From Psammoneis japonica (Eukaryota): a stretch of 64,000 bases of DNA. This document shows positions 61,501 to 64,000 of this stretch, one piece after another; position 1 is the stretch's first letter, and every line of letters starts with the position of its first letter. Where the stretch lies: contig QPGO01000005.1 of the NCBI GenBank assembly GCA_008632985.1, positions 641,607-705,606 of the forward strand, in the 5' to 3' direction. Both the position numbers and the translations under genes were made by a program. Under the pieces are notes generated by a model. That model was given only the letters and a program-made list of their open reading frames with translations, was not told the DNA's origin and did no database searches.

Positions 61501-62937
61501 CTTTCTAGCCATTGTCTTCGCGTGCGCCAGCTCGCAGTTGGCGTCATTTTCTTTGTGCTCCGGGTGCTCCAACTTAAAGAAGCGCACGCATTGTCAGCCT
61601 GGAGGGATAGGCCGCAGCTTGAAATGATACTCAACGCAGTTCAACGTGGTTTAAGTGTTAGAAGGGCAACGAGGCAGTCTCAAATGAGCGAAAGAAAGCC
61701 AGAGGCCGACATTGTTCTACCAAAGTTTCCTGCGGTTTCTGCGATTTTCCTCGCTCGCGCTTGTTTTGTTGTCGCAAAGCCTGGTGATGCCTTATTTGCG
61801 CCCATCAATCGCTTCTTCCTAAGGACTGAAATAGATTGTGGGGCATTTCAAGACATTGGTCGTCTTCCAGCTTTCATATCTCTTTTCTGTTCGTCTTCGG
61901 ATGAACCCGGACAGGCTCGAAGAGAGCGACTGTGGGCACTCCAGCAATTAAAGGATGGCTTTGCTGATGAGTTCTGTTACAGCGCTGTTGCATCGTGCCA
62001 CGCCCCTGAACTTGTGATGACTTCTTTCGAGAGCTTACCACGTCGATGCGATCAAACTGAAGGTGACTTAGAGTGCGTCCTGCTATTGAATACGTTGGCA
62101 ACCATTGTCAGTCGTGGTGGAAAGCGTGCGGCGCATCATCTATTCATTCGGCTCGGCCTTTTTTCTTGGCTTCGGTCAGTTTTAGTCGGTCGAAATGTAT
62201 GTGAATTGCTCCCCACGGTCGCTTGTCGACTGTCGTTTCTTCATCTTGTGACTGTTGCTGCTCGGATAGTGGACCAAGCTTACGACGGTGACAGCAAGCT
62301 TTCCACCGATAGCACAGTTGAAGAAATCTTCAATTTAGCCAACCCCATTCTACTTTTGCACGAGACTGGGCACCAGCGGTTGAGACATGGAGGTGGTTTG
62401 GTGTCTTCTGATTTGGCCAGTGCGATTTGTGATTCACTTTTTTCCTTGGCAACTGCTGTAGACCGTGCGTTTGCGACGGGCAGAGGGTCATACCACCGTC
62501 TTGGTGCAAACCCTTTTGGACTATGCATTTCATCAGCATTGCAGTTACTCGCCATGACTCCCGCGGCTTCTTTAGAAAAAGCTGTTGCTTCATTTTGCCG
62601 TCTACCGTTTCGTTTCGAGCCTACCAAGGCGAAGGAAGCTTCTGATTGTTGCGAATATATATTGACGTTTGTTTTGAAGAGCAAGGATTCTTCAGTTATT
62701 ATCGCGGATGTGTTACGGCGGGTTTCGCTGTTTGCCAAGCTCTTTGGAAACTCACTTGAACCTGATGGTCGCATTTTAGCGCTCACTTTGGCATCTAGAC
62801 GTTGTTGCAATGGTCTTCTTGGCGGCAAACAGGAGTTTACAGAATGCATATCAATTCTTTTGGAGTGTCATTCAAAACCCAGTCGCCTTCCTGAGGATGT
62901 TGCTGGCATCGCTCATCGGATACAAGAATCTAGTTGA
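55588..62937 (+). CDS. URB1: nucleolar pre-ribosomal-associated protein 1 (URB1/Npa1)-like
   Basis: Very large helical protein with about four introns. C-terminal YSPAYIL, LALAALSS...R, AIFLARAC.VV..P...LF..INRFFL, LPAFISLF.SS and ERLWALQQL match the NopRA1-type domain. One apparent frameshift at ~59250. Confidence 0.75.
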
Positions 62938-63239
62938 GCGAATAATGGCGTCATAGACGAGTGAATTCAGATTTGCTATTAGACCATGGAGCAATCATTG
63001 TCTTGCTCGTAGTCATGGATTCGATTCGGAGCTAGTAGTGTTACGCACGCTACATGGGTCGAGGGGGACTCATCGCCGCATTGATCTTTCGTGGCGTCTC
63101 TCTCGAGAGAGCTTGTGTAGCCAGCATTTACCACTGTAGGTCCGCTTCATAGATCGCGTGCGCGACCGATCTCTACTCAATTGATGGCTGCTGTAGCTGG
63201 GGCCCTGCCGGCACTCTCTCTAGCTAGCCATCTCTACCC

Positions 63240-64000
63240 CAGAGCCACATGAAGGTGGGCTTTGGCAGATTTGCCATCTTGTTGTTGTTGAGACAAGCCA
63301 GCTGCGGTGCTGACAAGCTTGACTCTTGTCGTGCCAAACTTTTCTTCCAGCACCAGTGTTGCCACTTGGCTGCAGCAGATGTCATTTTCTTCAACTGCTT
63401 TTCTTGCCATCTTGTTGCAGGCTGCCCACACCATGTTCTTGAAGTTGAGCAGTGGCTGTCTCTGTCTGTTGCCAGTTTCAACAGCTTGTCAACAAACTCA
63501 ACCATCTGGTCAACGTGCAGGGGCACACTCCAGTTGGCCAGCTCAGCATGTGGCCAGGCTTGGTTGCCACCTTTTCTTTCTCAAACAGCTGATCAAATGC
63601 ATGTTGCAAAGCAGTGGCAGCTGGCTGCAGGGACACATGGGGCTTGTGACACTGCAAATTTGTGGGGACAATGCATTGATGCGCTGCACAACATGCTCAA
63701 AGAGCAACATTGTCAGCAGCGCCCCTTTCAAGAAATCTGCCTCAGTGCCCCACCCAAAAATCAACAACAATCATGTGATGTCTTGAGGTGCTGGCAAAGT
63801 TCAGCAAGTTTTGGTCAAGACCTGCAACACATCATCCTGCCTCTAAAAAGGAGTGCACACATCAAGCGCAACATCTTGTGACTGCTCACCACCCTGCTGA
63901 GCTGCTTGGCAAAACTTTTTTGTGTGCCAGATTAAAACCTGGGCTTTCCACCTTTCTCACAGCACCAAGGGACAAGTTTGTGGTCTGATGTCAAATGAGC
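63240..64000. other. TpA- and CpG-depleted hypermutated domain 4 (runs off the window)
   Basis: Only about two TA (ctaaa, attaa) and very few CG in 760 nt. It starts immediately after ctctctctagctagccatctctac. Confidence 0.85.

Noticed and set aside
1..64000. tRNA, rRNA or prokaryotic operon/defence system
   Set aside because: None recognisable by eye, and the genes are intron-containing and eukaryotic. A covariance-model scan would be needed to exclude small RNAs.

Overview
Eukaryotic nuclear DNA with compact genes, short GT-AG introns (about 80-110 nt), signal-peptide+Phe plastid-type presequences and RXL motifs. It is most consistent with a pennate diatom (inferred, not proven). The window alternates between ordinary gene-dense blocks and four sharply bounded domains (about 1-11590, 23780-30010, 53110-55360 and 63240-64000) in which the dinucleotide TpA is almost absent and TpG/CpA is enriched. 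The ordinary blocks hold two CDF transporters, an apyrase, GT14, RAD54, mitochondrial bL20, a CRAL-TRIO protein, an 8-repeat Cys-containing surface protein, GH10 xylanase, a double SnoaL membrane protein, REX4, OXA1/COX18, URB1 and an ~1800-aa double-glycosyltransferase/cell-wall-protein fusion. Inside the TpA-poor domains a recognisable host gene (DUF179/AlgH family) has no Tyr codons, and its conserved Tyr, Leu and Ile positions read Cys/His, Pro and Thr/Met. This is what TA->TG/CA transitions produce, and a Ginger/KRBA2-type integrase relic is eroded the same way. The most interesting signal is therefore a candidate regional hypermutation or genome-defence process acting on A:T pairs at TpA, opposite in direction to fungal RIP and partly uncoupled from CpG loss. 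All counts are by eye and no database searches were run.
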